Assembly: GCA_021793035.1 (NCBI GenBank)
Contig: JAJYTM010000001.1
Coordinates: 1-27,758 of the forward strand
Direction of reading: 5' to 3'
Origin: Candidatus Micrarchaeota archaeon
GTDB lineage: Archaea > Micrarchaeota > Micrarchaeia > Micrarchaeales > Micrarchaeaceae
Length of the DNA stretch: 27,758 nucleotides
The notes under the pieces are model-generated. The model made no database searches. It was not told the origin of the DNA and worked only from the letters and a program-made list of their open reading frames with translations. This document shows, piece after piece, positions 16,564 through 24,732 of this stretch (position 1 is the first letter of the stretch; each line of letters opens with the position of its first letter). A program made the translations under genes and the position numbers.

Positions 16564-17384
16564 TGATAATGGTTTCTGTCAATATATACAGTGTGGACGG
16601 CAAAGAAGCAGGCAAGATGGAATTGCCCAAGGTCTTCGAGAAGACCGTCCGCGAGGAGCTCATAAGAAGGGCTGTTGTAGCGGAGCAGAGCATGAGGCTG
16701 CAGCCGCAGGGGCACTACCTCCTGGCAGGAATGCAGACAACAGCGAAGTACTATGGAAGATATGATGCATCATGGAGGACCGGAAGGCATATGGGTATCG
16801 CAATAAGGCCGAGGGAAAAGCTCGGAGGCGGAAGGCAGGGCCAGGTCAAGCGCATACCGTCTGCAGTGAAGGGAAAGAGGGCTCACCCGCACAAGATAGA
16901 GAAGCGCCTCGCCGAATCCATGAACAACCGCGAATACCAAGCCGCATTGGCAAGCTCGATATCCGCCAGCGCGAAGCACATGCTCAAAGGCATAACCACT
17001 CCAATAGTAGTGGACAATGCAATCGAATCGCTCAAGAGCACAAAGGATATAATCAAGATGTTCAAGGGCATGCAGATGCAGAACATGCTAGAAGAGGGCA
17101 GGAAGAAATACATTAAGAAGGGCCTGCGCAGGAGCTCGAGGAGAGTGCATTACAAGAACACTGCGGCTTTGATAGTCAACTCGGACAAGGGGGTTGTAAA
17201 AGCTGCGAGGAACATACCTGGCATAAGTGTTTGCACAGTTGACAAGCTGACTGTGAATATGCTTGCTCCTGGCGGCAATCCAGGCAGGATATCAATATGG
17301 AGCGCGGACGCGGCAAAGAATGTAGAAAGCAGGATAAACGGTCTAACGCTCAAGACCCAGGCCAAATACTATATGTCGGATTAG
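16563..17384 (+). CDS. rpl4: 50S ribosomal protein uL4
   Basis: ELPKVF...REELIRRAV, KGKRAHP, KAARNIPGI, LAPGGNPGRISIWS; TAATG overlap with rpl3. Confidence 0.96.
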   Translation: MIMVSVNIYSVDGKEAGKMELPKVFEKTVREELIRRAVVAEQSMRLQPQGHYLLAGMQTTAKYYGRYDASWRTGRHMGIAIRPREKLGGGRQGQVKRIPSAVKGKRAHPHKIEKRLAESMNNREYQAALASSISASAKHMLKGITTPIVVDNAIESLKSTKDIIKMFKGMQMQNMLEEGRKKYIKKGLRRSSRRVHYKNTAALIVNSDKGVVKAARNIPGISVCTVDKLTVNMLAPGGNPGRISIWSADAAKNVESRINGLTLKTQAKYYMSD

Positions 17385-17390
17385 GTGTTC

Positions 17391-17645
17391 ATGATGTCAG
17401 TTTTAAGATACCCGCTCGCAACAGAAAAAGTCGTAGGCCTGATAGACAGGCAGAATACAATAACATACGTAGTCAACCACGATGCCACAAAGAGCGAGAT
17501 AAAGAGCGACTTCGAGAAGAGGTTCAACGTCAAAGTAAGCAGGGTAAATACTGTAGAGATGCCGAAGAACTTCAAGAAGGCATTTATAAAGCTAGCTCCG
17601 AATTATAAGGCAGGGGACGTAGCTGTGAAATTGAAATTGGTGTAA
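17391..17645 (+). CDS. rpl23: 50S ribosomal protein uL23
   Basis: RYPLATEK, NTITYVV, ATKSEIK, FNVKVSRVNT, KKAFIKL; GGTG precedes ATG 17391. Confidence 0.96.
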   Translation: MMSVLRYPLATEKVVGLIDRQNTITYVVNHDATKSEIKSDFEKRFNVKVSRVNTVEMPKNFKKAFIKLAPNYKAGDVAVKLKLV

Positions 17646-17649
17646 TCGC

Positions 17650-18366
17650 ATGGGCAAAAAGCTTAGGCAGCAGAGGAGGGGCAAAGGCTCCAACGTGTAC
17701 ACGAAATTGCCTAACACGTTCGACGTCACTGTAAAGTTTGCGCACGACATAGAGGCCAAGAAGACCGGAGAGGTGATTGCGCTGTTCAACAGCACAGGCC
17801 ACACCGTGCCTATAATGGAGGTGCAGTACGAAGACTTTTCGCAGGGCATGCTAATAGCCCCGGAAGGCATAGCCATAGGCGACAAGATCTCGATAGGATA
17901 CAAGAATGTATTCTCACTGGGCAGCGTAATGAAGCTCTCCGACATACCAGAGGGTATACCAATATACAATATAGAATCAAAGCCCGGTGACGGAGGGAAG
18001 ATGGTCCGGGTAGCAGGCGCAGCAGCATACATAAAGGCGCACATAGGCGATACAGCAACTGTCACTATGCCATCAAAGGCCAGCATAGTTCTGCCAAACG
18101 AGTGCAGGGCGCAGCTCGGTGTCATAGCCGCAGGAGGAGTGCTCGACCAGCCGCTCGTAAAGGCGGGCAAGAGCCATTACATTTACCACGCCCTCAACAG
18201 GACATGGCCAAGGAACAGGGGAGTCAAGATGAGCCCTGTTGACCATCCGTTCGGAGGCAAGCAGCACCACAAGGGTAAGAGCAGCATGACTTCAAGGAAC
18301 GCACCCCCAGGAAGGAAGGTGGGACACATAGCTGCAAGGCGCGTAGGAAGAAAGAAGAAGGGATAA
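17650..18366 (+). CDS. rpl2: 50S ribosomal protein uL2
   Basis: MGKKLRQQRRGKG, IESKPGDGGKMVRVAG, WPRNRGVKMSPVDHPFGG, APPGRKVGHIAARRVGR. Confidence 0.97.
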   Translation: MGKKLRQQRRGKGSNVYTKLPNTFDVTVKFAHDIEAKKTGEVIALFNSTGHTVPIMEVQYEDFSQGMLIAPEGIAIGDKISIGYKNVFSLGSVMKLSDIPEGIPIYNIESKPGDGGKMVRVAGAAAYIKAHIGDTATVTMPSKASIVLPNECRAQLGVIAAGGVLDQPLVKAGKSHYIYHALNRTWPRNRGVKMSPVDHPFGGKQHHKGKSSMTSRNAPPGRKVGHIAARRVGRKKKG

Positions 18367-18367
18367 A

Positions 18368-18760
18368 ATGGTAGAAAGAATCGCTTATAAAGGCTTGATG
18401 GGCGACCAGGTAAAGGCCCTGCCCAACGATGAGTTCAACAGGATGATAAAGTCAAGGGCCAGGCGCTTCCTGAAGAGGAACTCATTGAACTACCGCATGC
18501 TCAACGAGAAGATCGAGGAGTACAGGAAAAAAGGCATAGACAAGCCAATAAAGACGCATCTCAGGGAGGCAGTAATAGTGCCGCAGTGGATAGGCCTCAA
18601 GTTCAAGATCCACATGGGCAAGGAGTTCCAGGAGATCGCAATAGCGCCCAACATGGTTGGCAGGAGGCTTGGAGAATTCGTCTATACGAGCAAGCGCGTG
18701 CAGCATTCCGCTCCAGGAATAAGGGCTACGCGCGGAAGTAAATTCCTATCGGTGAAGTAA
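18368..18760 (+). CDS. rps19: 30S ribosomal protein uS19
   Basis: IKTHLREAVIVPQWIG, HMGKEF, MVGRRLGEF, HSAPGIRATRGSKFLSVK. Confidence 0.96.
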   Translation: MVERIAYKGLMGDQVKALPNDEFNRMIKSRARRFLKRNSLNYRMLNEKIEEYRKKGIDKPIKTHLREAVIVPQWIGLKFKIHMGKEFQEIAIAPNMVGRRLGEFVYTSKRVQHSAPGIRATRGSKFLSVK

Positions 18761-19471
18761 TTGGAGTATTCATTCAACAGGGACAAGTCCGAAATAATAT
18801 TCGCGCACATGAAGGACATAAACGCGAGCTACAAGGACCTGTGCAATGTGTGCGATTCCGTGAGGTACAAGAGCGTGCCTGAAGCGATAGCCATACTCGA
18901 TTCCGTCAAGGAGGGCACGCCGCTTCTTTTCAGGAGGCACAACAAGGGCATGGGCTCAAGGCACGAGCTCGGAGGCAAGAAAGGCAGGTACCCGATAAAG
19001 TGCGCTTCGATAGTCAAGAAGGCAATAGTGAACGCATCTGCCAACGCATCGAACAAGGGCCTTGATCCGGATAACATGTTCGTGGTGCATGCGACAGCCA
19101 ACAAGACAACGATAAACCGCAGGTATCCGTCGAAAGGCATACTATACCATAGGTCGGGGGGCTACGGCTATTCATCGGCAAGGCGCAGCGACCTCGAGTT
19201 TGCCAAGCTTGAACTAGGGATAGCTACCGGAACTGAAAAAGGGCTCAGCCAGAAGATGCTTAAGGCAGTGGAACGCAGCAGGAAGTATCTCGAGAAGATT
19301 GAAAAGCAGAAGCCTAAGGCGAAGGCGGCGAAAGCTGCATCGAAGGGCAAGGCGCTCACTTCTCCTGCAGGGCCTGCAAAGTCTGCTAAGAAGCCTGTGC
19401 ACCCGGAAATGCAGAAGAGGCCTGAGCCCGTGAAGACAGATGCGAACGCGCAGGAGGATAAAAAAGTTTAA
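18761..19471 (+). CDS. rpl22: 50S ribosomal protein uL22 with a loop insertion and a ~80 aa C-terminal extension
   Basis: TTG start after GGTGA; SYKDLCNVC, GRYPIKCA, NASANASNKGLD; position between rps19 and rps3. Confidence 0.93.
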   Translation: MEYSFNRDKSEIIFAHMKDINASYKDLCNVCDSVRYKSVPEAIAILDSVKEGTPLLFRRHNKGMGSRHELGGKKGRYPIKCASIVKKAIVNASANASNKGLDPDNMFVVHATANKTTINRRYPSKGILYHRSGGYGYSSARRSDLEFAKLELGIATGTEKGLSQKMLKAVERSRKYLEKIEKQKPKAKAAKAASKGKALTSPAGPAKSAKKPVHPEMQKRPEPVKTDANAQEDKKV

Positions 19472-19482
19472 TGAGGCATTGC

Positions 19483-20106
19483 ATGGCTATAGAGAATAAA
19501 TTTCTGAATGATTCTATAATAAAGCATAGTATATCCAAGTTCATGGAGCAGTCGCTTACCAAGGCGGGCTTCTCCAGGGTAGAAGTGCAGAAGACTCCCG
19601 TGATAACAAGGATAACCGTCTATGTTCTGAACCCAGGAAGGGTGATAGGCAGGGGCGGCAAGACCATAGACGCGCTGACAGACCAGGTCAAGGAGCTGTT
19701 CAAGATGCAGAACCCGCAGATAAGCATAGTCGAGGTGGAGAACCGCATGCTTGAGCCGCTTCTCGTGGCTAAGGACATAGCGCAGAAGCTCGAGCGCGGT
19801 CTCAACTTCAGGAGGATACAGCAGAGCTACCTCAAGAGCATAATAGCCAACGGCGCATTGGGGGTAGAGATAATAATCGGCGGGAAGCTCGTCGCCAAGA
19901 ATGCGAGGGCTAAATCGATAAGGAAGAGCGTTGGGTACATACCTAAGGCCGGAGACGTGACCAACCTGGTCAGGGTTGCCTATGCAACAGCGTACCCGAA
20001 ATACGGCGCCATAGGGATAAAGGTTAGGATAGTGCCGCCAGGCACTAAGTTCCCAGACCGGGAGATAAAGGCAGTGGAGGTTCCGAGATCCATACTCAAC
20101 GGGTGA
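19483..20106 (+). CDS. rps3: 30S ribosomal protein uS3
   Basis: AGFSRVEVQKTP, PGRVIGRGGKTI (KH domain), GALGVEIIIGGKL, KYGAIGIKVRI. Start MAIEN at 19483 after GAGG. Confidence 0.96.
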   Translation: MAIENKFLNDSIIKHSISKFMEQSLTKAGFSRVEVQKTPVITRITVYVLNPGRVIGRGGKTIDALTDQVKELFKMQNPQISIVEVENRMLEPLLVAKDIAQKLERGLNFRRIQQSYLKSIIANGALGVEIIIGGKLVAKNARAKSIRKSVGYIPKAGDVTNLVRVAYATAYPKYGAIGIKVRIVPPGTKFPDREIKAVEVPRSILNG

Positions 20107-20218
20107 ATGGGTCGATGCAAAATCGCAATAAACGGTTTGCAGCGGAATCTCTTTATTCGTTGCCTAAAAAGTCTGTCTTGGAATGCGCGGTTCACTGCGT
20201 CACGTTCCAAAATGTGTG

Positions 20219-23200
20219 ATGGTTACTATGCTTCTAGCCTTCGAAACGGGGTTCATAGCCTTCTTTACGATGTTCATACCTGGGGTGCTTCTAGCATACG
20301 CATTGCTCAGGAAGACCGGGCTCCACACATTTGAGAAGCTCGTCATAGGGTTCATATTCGGCCTCATAGCGCCAGCAACGCTTACATGGATAGATGCATA
20401 TTTAATGCCGTACATCCACATATTCGCATTCTCATTGCCCCTATTCGAAGCCAACGCGCTAATAATAACAATAGTCGCTGCACTGATCTGCTGGAAGGAA
20501 GGCGTATTCAACGACCTCTCGCAGTATGTCAATGCAAAAGCAAAGCGCGCTGTAGAGGAGCGGCAGATAAAATCGGCAGAGCACGCCGAATCGATGGAGC
20601 TCTCTGAGCTAAGGTCAAACCTGAGGGGCTTCGAGAAGGCGCAGTCAATAATCAAGCAGCATGAAGATGAGGAGAGAGCGCTGAGACAGAAGCAGGAAGC
20701 AGAGCTGTCGCACACTTCCGGCCTTGGAGAAGAAGAAAGAGCAAGAATATCAGAGCTGCACAACAAGGCGCTAACGGACCTCATAGGCAAGCACGTCTCG
20801 GAGGAGAAGGGCATGCTCGCCGCGCTCAAGAGGGAGCAGGAGGAAATAGAGCTCAAGAGCAAGTCCGCCGAGGCATCGCCTCGCCATTCTACACCAACAT
20901 GGGTGTGGTGGGTGCTGCTGCTGTTCATGGTAATTACATTCGCTACGCGCATGCTCAGCGTTCCAATAACCCCCGCATTCTTCGAATTTGATCCGTATTT
21001 CGATATGCTCGCGACAGAGCATCTTCTGACTTTCGGATACCAGCCGCTGCTGTCGCATTCGGCGTGGCCAATATTGGCAAACGGCTCGGTCCTGAGGATG
21101 CAGCCCCTTATCCCATACCTGGAGGCTTATTGGTACTCTCTCGCCAACTATCTCGGCCCCCACTTCACCACGTTCAACACTACGCTTATGAGCTATGTTG
21201 GCGGTGTGTATCCGCCAATCACAGCCGCGCTTCTCGTGTTCGTAATATTCATGCTGCTTTACAATGAGTACGATCCTTATGTAGGCCTCATAGGCGCTTC
21301 TTTCGCCATGGCAATGCCGATACTGTTCACTACATTCGTATCCGGGGAGCAGCTCCTGGAGCCATGGGGCATATTCACGTTATTCTTCTTCTTTGCAGCG
21401 TACATGCTCGCAGTAAAGAACATGAAAAGCACGAGGCTTGCCATATTTGCAGGGATAGCGTTCGCATCTACCTTCTTGGGCGCCCACTACTATACGGTAG
21501 ATGCGGGGGTATTGACTCTGTACATCATACTGCAGGGAGTGATAAGCTACCTGAGAGGAGATCTAGGCAAGGATTTCTACAAGATGAATGCCATCGTGAT
21601 AATAGTCATCGCAATATTCCTTGCATTCTATTCGCCGTACCACGCGACGCTGAGCGGGCGCATACCAACAGTGCTTGGAATACCGATAACAGTGAGCGGC
21701 CCGCTCGCAGCATTGATACTCGTAGCTGTCATAGACTACCTGCCAAGGATTCTCAAGCAGTACCATGTGCTGTTCAATAGGATAGACTTGAAGATGAAAG
21801 TGCTGTGGCTCGTGGCAATAGCGATAATGGTGCTCGCGCTGCTCGCCGCTACGCCTCTGGGCACCCCAGTAAAAGGCTACCTTAGCCTGAGCACGAAGTT
21901 CACCACGCCATCGACTCCGCTTTTCATGACAGTGCAGGAGTTCGAGCCGACAGGGCTGGCGTACAACTTCGGCGCGGCTGGGCTCGGCATAATCGCATCT
22001 AGCATGTTCGGCGTGCCGCTTTTCGTATGGTTCCTATCGGCATTGGCGATAATACTCATATGCATCAGCATATACTACCGCAGAAGCAATACCGGCATAT
22101 TCTACCTTATGATTGCACTACCGCTAATGGTCGCTGCTTTCTCCGAGGTCAAGTACATACCGCACTTCGGCGTTGCATACATAATGCTCCTCGGCATAGT
22201 GATAGGAGAGGTAGCGGTGCTGGCAGGGAACAACTTCAAGCTCAAGCATGAGACAGACGAAAGCATATCGGCCCTGATAAAGCGGGCCTATACGGAGCAC
22301 AAGGACCTCATGTATTTCGTGTTCAGCATAGCGCTGTTCTTCTTCTCGCCGATAATTGCTATAATATACCTTCTATTCATACTTTTCACGCACAGGACCG
22401 AGAACAGGAACTATATGTGGGCGCTTCTCGGCTTCTTCTTGATCGTAGAAATTGCAGGGGCAGTGTTCGGGCACCCGATATACGGCGAGAGCTATTCGCT
22501 TATAGAAGCCGTGGGGTCAACGACCCTTTACTACGGCTCCCCATCTACTGCATGCTCATCCCTGAGCAGCGGCGGCAATTCTGTAGGGCTTGACCTATAC
22601 TGCAACGTCGTTCCGACATACTGGCTGTCGGCACTGTCATGGATGAAGAGCAACATAGGCCCGAACGGCCCTAGGGTCATGTCCTGGTGGGACTATGGCG
22701 ACTGGATAAACTGGTTCGGCCAGACGCCTACCGTAACGAGGGGCGACAACGCAGAGCCCACAGAGGACTTCGCAGTCGCAGCCAACTACGTGCTCGGCCC
22801 GAAGGACAATTACACCCCTGCTGTCATGGACAACTTCATGAACACCAATCAGACCAAGTACATAGTGTTTGACCAGGGCCTAATACAGAAATGGGGTGCC
22901 TTGGATTTCCTTGCATGCATACACATAAACGAGACATCAAGGGCATTTGCGATAGCCGAGGGCAAGCTGCAGAATCCTCCAGTTCCATACGCTCTGGGCA
23001 ACTCGCCATGCGAGCTGGCCCACGATCCGCAATACGTGCTTGTGCCATTGCCTACGCTAATACCAACCATAGAGAAGCCTACGATAAATGAATACTGCTC
23101 AATATCAAATTCGAGCACCCAGTATGCGTACTCCTATCTTGTGAACAACAATTCACTCACAAACCAGTCCGTCTGCATCGACCTGAATCCGACTAACAGC

Positions 23201-23581
23201 GGCGCATTCAAGGTCTATTACCAGAACGGCACCCAGATGAATGCGTACGTACAGGCAATCACCCAATCGCCCCTCGGGGAGACCGCGCTGGCAAACGGAG
23301 GCCCACTATACCTGGAGTACCTGATGGTGTACACGCCGAACGGCCCCAACGACACCATAACAAATGCTCCATCGGAGTTTTACTTGTCAAACTTCTACAA
23401 AGGGTTCTTCTTCGGGAAGCTGCCAGGGTTTACGCAGGTATATCCGGCAAACGCAACTGGCATAAACTTCATCAACAACACATATCCGATACGCATACTA
23501 GCGCTTGACAATTTCACCGGCCAGCTTCCACCGAAGGCATCAAAGCCCAGCTATGTTGTGAACAACTATACGTTCCCATGA
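20219..23581 (+). CDS. aglB: Oligosaccharyltransferase AglB (STT3) with an N-terminal membrane plus coiled-coil extension
   Basis: EFDPYF, MTVQEFEP (TIxE-like) and SWWDYGDWI (WWDYG) motifs; multi-TM core and sequon-rich extracellular C-terminal domain. Start uncertain (20219 or 20228). Confidence 0.93.
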   Translation: MVTMLLAFETGFIAFFTMFIPGVLLAYALLRKTGLHTFEKLVIGFIFGLIAPATLTWIDAYLMPYIHIFAFSLPLFEANALIITIVAALICWKEGVFNDLSQYVNAKAKRAVEERQIKSAEHAESMELSELRSNLRGFEKAQSIIKQHEDEERALRQKQEAELSHTSGLGEEERARISELHNKALTDLIGKHVSEEKGMLAALKREQEEIELKSKSAEASPRHSTPTWVWWVLLLFMVITFATRMLSVPITPAFFEFDPYFDMLATEHLLTFGYQPLLSHSAWPILANGSVLRMQPLIPYLEAYWYSLANYLGPHFTTFNTTLMSYVGGVYPPITAALLVFVIFMLLYNEYDPYVGLIGASFAMAMPILFTTFVSGEQLLEPWGIFTLFFFFAAYMLAVKNMKSTRLAIFAGIAFASTFLGAHYYTVDAGVLTLYIILQGVISYLRGDLGKDFYKMNAIVIIVIAIFLAFYSPYHATLSGRIPTVLGIPITVSGPLAALILVAVIDYLPRILKQYHVLFNRIDLKMKVLWLVAIAIMVLALLAATPLGTPVKGYLSLSTKFTTPSTPLFMTVQEFEPTGLAYNFGAAGLGIIASSMFGVPLFVWFLSALAIILICISIYYRRSNTGIFYLMIALPLMVAAFSEVKYIPHFGVAYIMLLGIVIGEVAVLAGNNFKLKHETDESISALIKRAYTEHKDLMYFVFSIALFFFSPIIAIIYLLFILFTHRTENRNYMWALLGFFLIVEIAGAVFGHPIYGESYSLIEAVGSTTLYYGSPSTACSSLSSGGNSVGLDLYCNVVPTYWLSALSWMKSNIGPNGPRVMSWWDYGDWINWFGQTPTVTRGDNAEPTEDFAVAANYVLGPKDNYTPAVMDNFMNTNQTKYIVFDQGLIQKWGALDFLACIHINETSRAFAIAEGKLQNPPVPYALGNSPCELAHDPQYVLVPLPTLIPTIEKPTINEYCSISNSSTQYAYSYLVNNNSLTNQSVCIDLNPTNSGAFKVYYQNGTQMNAYVQAITQSPLGETALANGGPLYLEYLMVYTPNGPNDTITNAPSEFYLSNFYKGFFFGKLPGFTQVYPANATGINFINNTYPIRILALDNFTGQLPPKASKPSYVVNNYTFP

Positions 23582-23589
23582 GCGTTAAA

Positions 23590-23608
23590 AAGAAAGAATT
23601 AAATTAAT
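23590..23608 (+). promoter_or_regulatory. BRE/TATA-like promoter of tRNA-Ile
   Basis: Purine-rich AAGAAAGAA followed by TTAAATTAAT, about 35-45 nt upstream of the mature tRNA 5' end. Confidence 0.5.
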
Positions 23609-23643
23609 GTTTGGTGTCAATCTTACTGCTCAATTCTGATAGT

Positions 23644-23718
23644 GGGCTTGTAGCTCAGCCTGGTCAGAGCGGCGGTCTTATAAGCCGTAGGTCGAGAGTT
23701 CAAATCTCTCCAGGCCCA
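23644..23718 (+). tRNA. tRNA-Ile with anticodon UAU (TAT at 23679-23681), intronless
   Basis: GGGCTTG TA GCTC AGCCTGGTCA GAGC G GCGGT CT TAT AA GCCGT AGGTC GAGAG TTCAAAT CTCTC CAGGCCC A. Complete cloverleaf, C4-G69 and A73 as in archaeal tRNA-Ile; CCA not encoded. Confidence 0.95.
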
Positions 23719-23822
23719 CTAATATATTGTGGTTATATAAACACCAGCAAGGAAAATAACGGCAGTAGTATTGTGCTCAAACTCGCAGAGGCCAGCCAAT
23801 CTGCGTGCATTTGCCCAAACTG

Positions 23823-24548
23823 CTACAGGTTTTCAAGCTTTTGGGCCATCGCCTTTAAGTCGTCGACTTTCTTTGAAATTTCCCCCGCTTTCTCGTTTAA
23901 GAATGCGACGCACTGCCCGGTATTTGGGTATTTCTGGTCACTCGGGTATTTTTTGGCTTCTGGAGAAACTGCAACCAGGGGCTTTTTTACATCAAACGGA
24001 AAGGTGTCTGCCGTTTTGCCTGATGGGCCTATAAGGGCTTTGAGAACACCCGAACCAAGCCGGTTTCCGAAAGATATGCCCAGCTCTCCAAATATTAGGC
24101 TCTCAGCGCCAAAGATTGATTTTTCCTGCCGTACCCTCATTAAGAGTTCAATGCTATGTATCTTGGTTCTGTGCTGGGATTCCTCGGCGAGCGCCTTTCC
24201 TTTGTCCAGCCCCGCAGCATCCGCACGCCCCAGGGCATCCTTGGCGTAGCCTATGACTTTCTTTGCATAGTCATAGTCGTAGACCATCTCAAAAATTGGC
24301 CATGCAGGCGTTTTGACGAACATTACTTTCCTTTCTTTTTGCATCACGAACAGCCGCAGGTCTGTAACTATAAATTGGTCCTCAATCCTTGTTCGCGAGT
24401 TCCCCCCTAAAGACGTACTGGCAGAGGCAAAAGCAACGTAGGAAACCTTGTCCGAAATGAACATTACTTTCTCCCCAGGCTCCAAGAAATCCTCGTAAGT
24501 CTTGCCGCCTTTATAGTCGCTCAGCCCGTATTCTTTCATAACTCCCAT
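23823..24548 (-). CDS. Hypothetical protein, possibly with a PH-like N-terminal domain
   Basis: 241 aa ORF. FLEPGEKVMF...FIVTDLRLFVMQK resembles the L-x-x-G-E...l-T-d-x-R-l pattern of prokaryotic PH domains (recognised by eye only). Upstream TATTTAAATA. Confidence 0.7.
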   Translation of the reverse strand: MGVMKEYGLSDYKGGKTYEDFLEPGEKVMFISDKVSYVAFASASTSLGGNSRTRIEDQFIVTDLRLFVMQKERKVMFVKTPAWPIFEMVYDYDYAKKVIGYAKDALGRADAAGLDKGKALAEESQHRTKIHSIELLMRVRQEKSIFGAESLIFGELGISFGNRLGSGVLKALIGPSGKTADTFPFDVKKPLVAVSPEAKKYPSDQKYPNTGQCVAFLNEKAGEISKKVDDLKAMAQKLENL

Positions 24549-24732
24549 TCAACCAATTTTGGTATATGGAGCTAATATTTAAATAATTATCGCTCGTTGT
24601 AGGAGTAGAAATTTGACAATAGCCATGGGGTGAATGCAGGCATACAAAACAAATATCAAGTTTCTAGTAGGGGAGTTTAATGGGTTGCTATGCTCATAAT
24701 TTGACTGCCATTTGGGATGGGGGTTGGGTTCG

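Noticed and set aside
20107-20334. 75 aa ORF directly after rps3 as a possible uL29
   Set aside because: It is in the right position with GGGTGA-ATG, but has no uL29-like sequence and overlaps aglB by over 100 nt in another frame.
20200-20952. 250 aa antisense ORF within aglB
   Set aside because: Ser/Leu-rich mirror of the coiled-coil codons; no independent coding signal.
23611-24249. 212 aa plus-strand ORF spanning tRNA-Ile
   Set aside because: It runs through the tRNA gene and antisense to the 241 aa gene; spurious.
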